A DNA stretch of 64,000 nucleotides from assembly GCA_051599415.1 (NCBI GenBank), contig AP039690.1:806001-870000 (forward strand), written 5' to 3'. The number at the start of each line of letters is the position of its first letter. Position 1 is the stretch's first letter. Position numbers and translations under genes: made by a program. A model generated the notes under the pieces. It was not told where the DNA came from and made no database searches. It saw only the letters and a program-made list of their open reading frames with translations. This stretch comes from Savitreella phatthalungensis (lineage: Eukaryota). Positions 62,531 through 64,000 of this stretch are shown in pieces.

Positions 62531-64000
62531 ATGGACGGTTGGAACGTCAAGGGTCCATTCGAGACACCTGGAAATCTGACTCCACTGCAAGCTCGTCGTC
62601 TCAGACAATTTTGGACAGTCCTTTTGCGACTCTTCCAGGCAGATTCGATCGAATCGGAGTGGAAAGCAATCTTTCCGACATTCCTCGTCGATGAAGATTT
62701 CTCAAAAGCCATGGCGGTCTTCACATCCGCGTCTATCTTTAGAGAGGAGTACTACCGCCTCCTAAGACATGACTACGCCGACCTTCTGCCACTCAGATTC
62801 CTCAAGGCCAGGCTGTACGACCTTGCCAAGTCGACCAGAATGCTGATCGTCGCACTCGCTTTCAGAAAGGAACAAATCCCTCGAGCCATGCACTCCGAGT
62901 CGCGTGCAGCCAATGACAAGGAATTTATCGACGTAATCAAGGCGGCAAAGACTTACGTACCCTGCTACACCGAGGACGGCAGGAGTATCACGTGCATCAA
63001 GATCCGCAATCATTCTCGCGGCGATTGCTCACTCGACGCTTTCGAGAGATTCAACCTATATGCCATGGAGCACGCACACCTGCTTCATCTGCCGTACCAG
63101 GATCGGACTGTTCTGCTTGTCGACATGGCAGGATTCTCCATCACAGCTCTCGATCTGTCCGCTATCAAATTCATCATCAACAACTTCGAGCAGTACTATC
63201 CGGAAGAGCTTTATGAGGGCATCATCCACAATGCCCCATGGCTTTTCAGCTCTGTCTGGTCAATGGTGAAACCTCTGCTACGACAAGCCACTCGCGACAA
63301 GATCACTTTCACATCTTCGGTCGATGAGCTTGCAGCCAAGATAGGAAGACCTCAGGCAGAGCGATGTGTCAACTTCAAGCTCGATTACACAGAGCGAAGT
63401 GATGATGAGGCAGATTTCATCGACTACCGAGTGCCCGGCGAACCAGGACGCCTGGTGGATGGAGCGCCCCAGGCATGCAAGGACGCTTTCGCAAAGTGGG
63501 ACGCCGCCACTAAGAAAGTAGAAGACCTGACTCAGGAGTGGCTCAAGTGCTATGAAGGGGAAGATGGCGTTGATACTGAAGCAGTGGCCGCAGATCAACC
63601 AGAGGAGAATGATGAAGACGCCGATCTTGCCAAAGCGCTGGCAGTATCACGCATTGACACAGACGATGCGCGTGTCACCGCAATGTGGCGGCTGTCAGAA
63701 ACCTATTGGGAAATTGATCCCTGGATTCGCCCGCGATCTTACTTCGACAGACAAGGCCTCTTGCCACCTAGTGCTGATTCCCCACTCAACTTGTCCACTG
63801 CCCTATCGAAGAAGAGCACGCAGCAATCAAATGCGCTAGATGCGACGACATCGACATTGTCAAGTCGTCCATCCACACCACGCACGCCTTCCGGTGTTAC
63901 GACGCCTGTGAACGGAAGCCGACCCGCTGTCAGCAAGGGTCTTTCCGGTCTTCTGGCACGACCAAACCTCAGCAGGCTCAACTCCAATGCATCAGATTCA
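62531..64000 (+). CDS. CRAL-TRIO/Sec14-family lipid transfer protein, Csr1/Sfh2-like; 3' truncated by the window and absent from the ORF track
   Basis: My translation from ATG 62531: MDGWNVKGPFETPGNLTPLQ..FW, LRFLKAR.YD, LVDMAGFSITALDLSAIKFIINNFEQYYPEEL, IHNAPWLFSSVWSMVKPLL, YWEIDPWIRPRSYFDR; I found no stop before the window end. Confidence 0.88.
   Translation, partial: MDGWNVKGPFETPGNLTPLQARRLRQFWTVLLRLFQADSIESEWKAIFPTFLVDEDFSKAMAVFTSASIFREEYYRLLRHDYADLLPLRFLKARLYDLAKSTRMLIVALAFRKEQIPRAMHSESRAANDKEFIDVIKAAKTYVPCYTEDGRSITCIKIRNHSRGDCSLDAFERFNLYAMEHAHLLHLPYQDRTVLLVDMAGFSITALDLSAIKFIINNFEQYYPEELYEGIIHNAPWLFSSVWSMVKPLLRQATRDKITFTSSVDELAAKIGRPQAERCVNFKLDYTERSDDEADFIDYRVPGEPGRLVDGAPQACKDAFAKWDAATKKVEDLTQEWLKCYEGEDGVDTEAVAADQPEENDEDADLAKALAVSRIDTDDARVTAMWRLSETYWEIDPWIRPRSYFDRQGLLPPSADSPLNLSTALSKKSTQQSNALDATTSTLSSRPSTPRTPSGVTTPVNGSRPAVSKGLSGLLARPNLSRLNSNASDS

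Noticed and set aside
1..64000. Stop-codon readthrough (TGA CTA) producing cryptic peroxisomal isoforms
   Set aside because: I checked the stop context of every complete gene and none has TGA CTA.

Overview
Gene-dense fungal (ascomycete) nuclear DNA. The closest resemblance I recognise is to Taphrinomycotina/fission-yeast-type proteins (for example the Ksp1 kinase); this placement is inference only. The window holds 25 protein-coding genes, two of them truncated at the edges. In order: GT32/Och1-like glycosyltransferase, SWF1, YTP1-like, alpha/beta hydrolase, Zn2Cys6 TF, KSP1, mitochondrial LysRS, MsrB, ATR/Rad3, RBX1, LSB5, a Myb-like/AT-hook orphan, CYB2-like, LSM8, RAD23, TIF6, UTR4, TOF1/Swi1, KGD1, STE11/Byr2, an aldo-keto reductase, DID2, RAD26, NOP1 and a CRAL-TRIO protein missing from the ORF track. 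All coding regions read as single uninterrupted ORFs except fibrillarin (NOP1), which keeps two GTAAGC..CTGAC..YAG introns; the larger one folds like an H/ACA snoRNA. Other unexplained structure: a three-copy inverted-plus-direct repeat at 19.4-19.9 kb, a Zn cluster with non-canonical Cys spacing, an Lsm8 with a large NLS-like loop insertion, paired MCB boxes, a recurring CCGGGTWA-WTTG(G)CA promoter motif, and intergenic DNA rich in short palindromes (GATC, CATG, TGCA). I recognised no rRNA, tRNA, CRISPR or intact transposon. All alignments and counts were done by eye.
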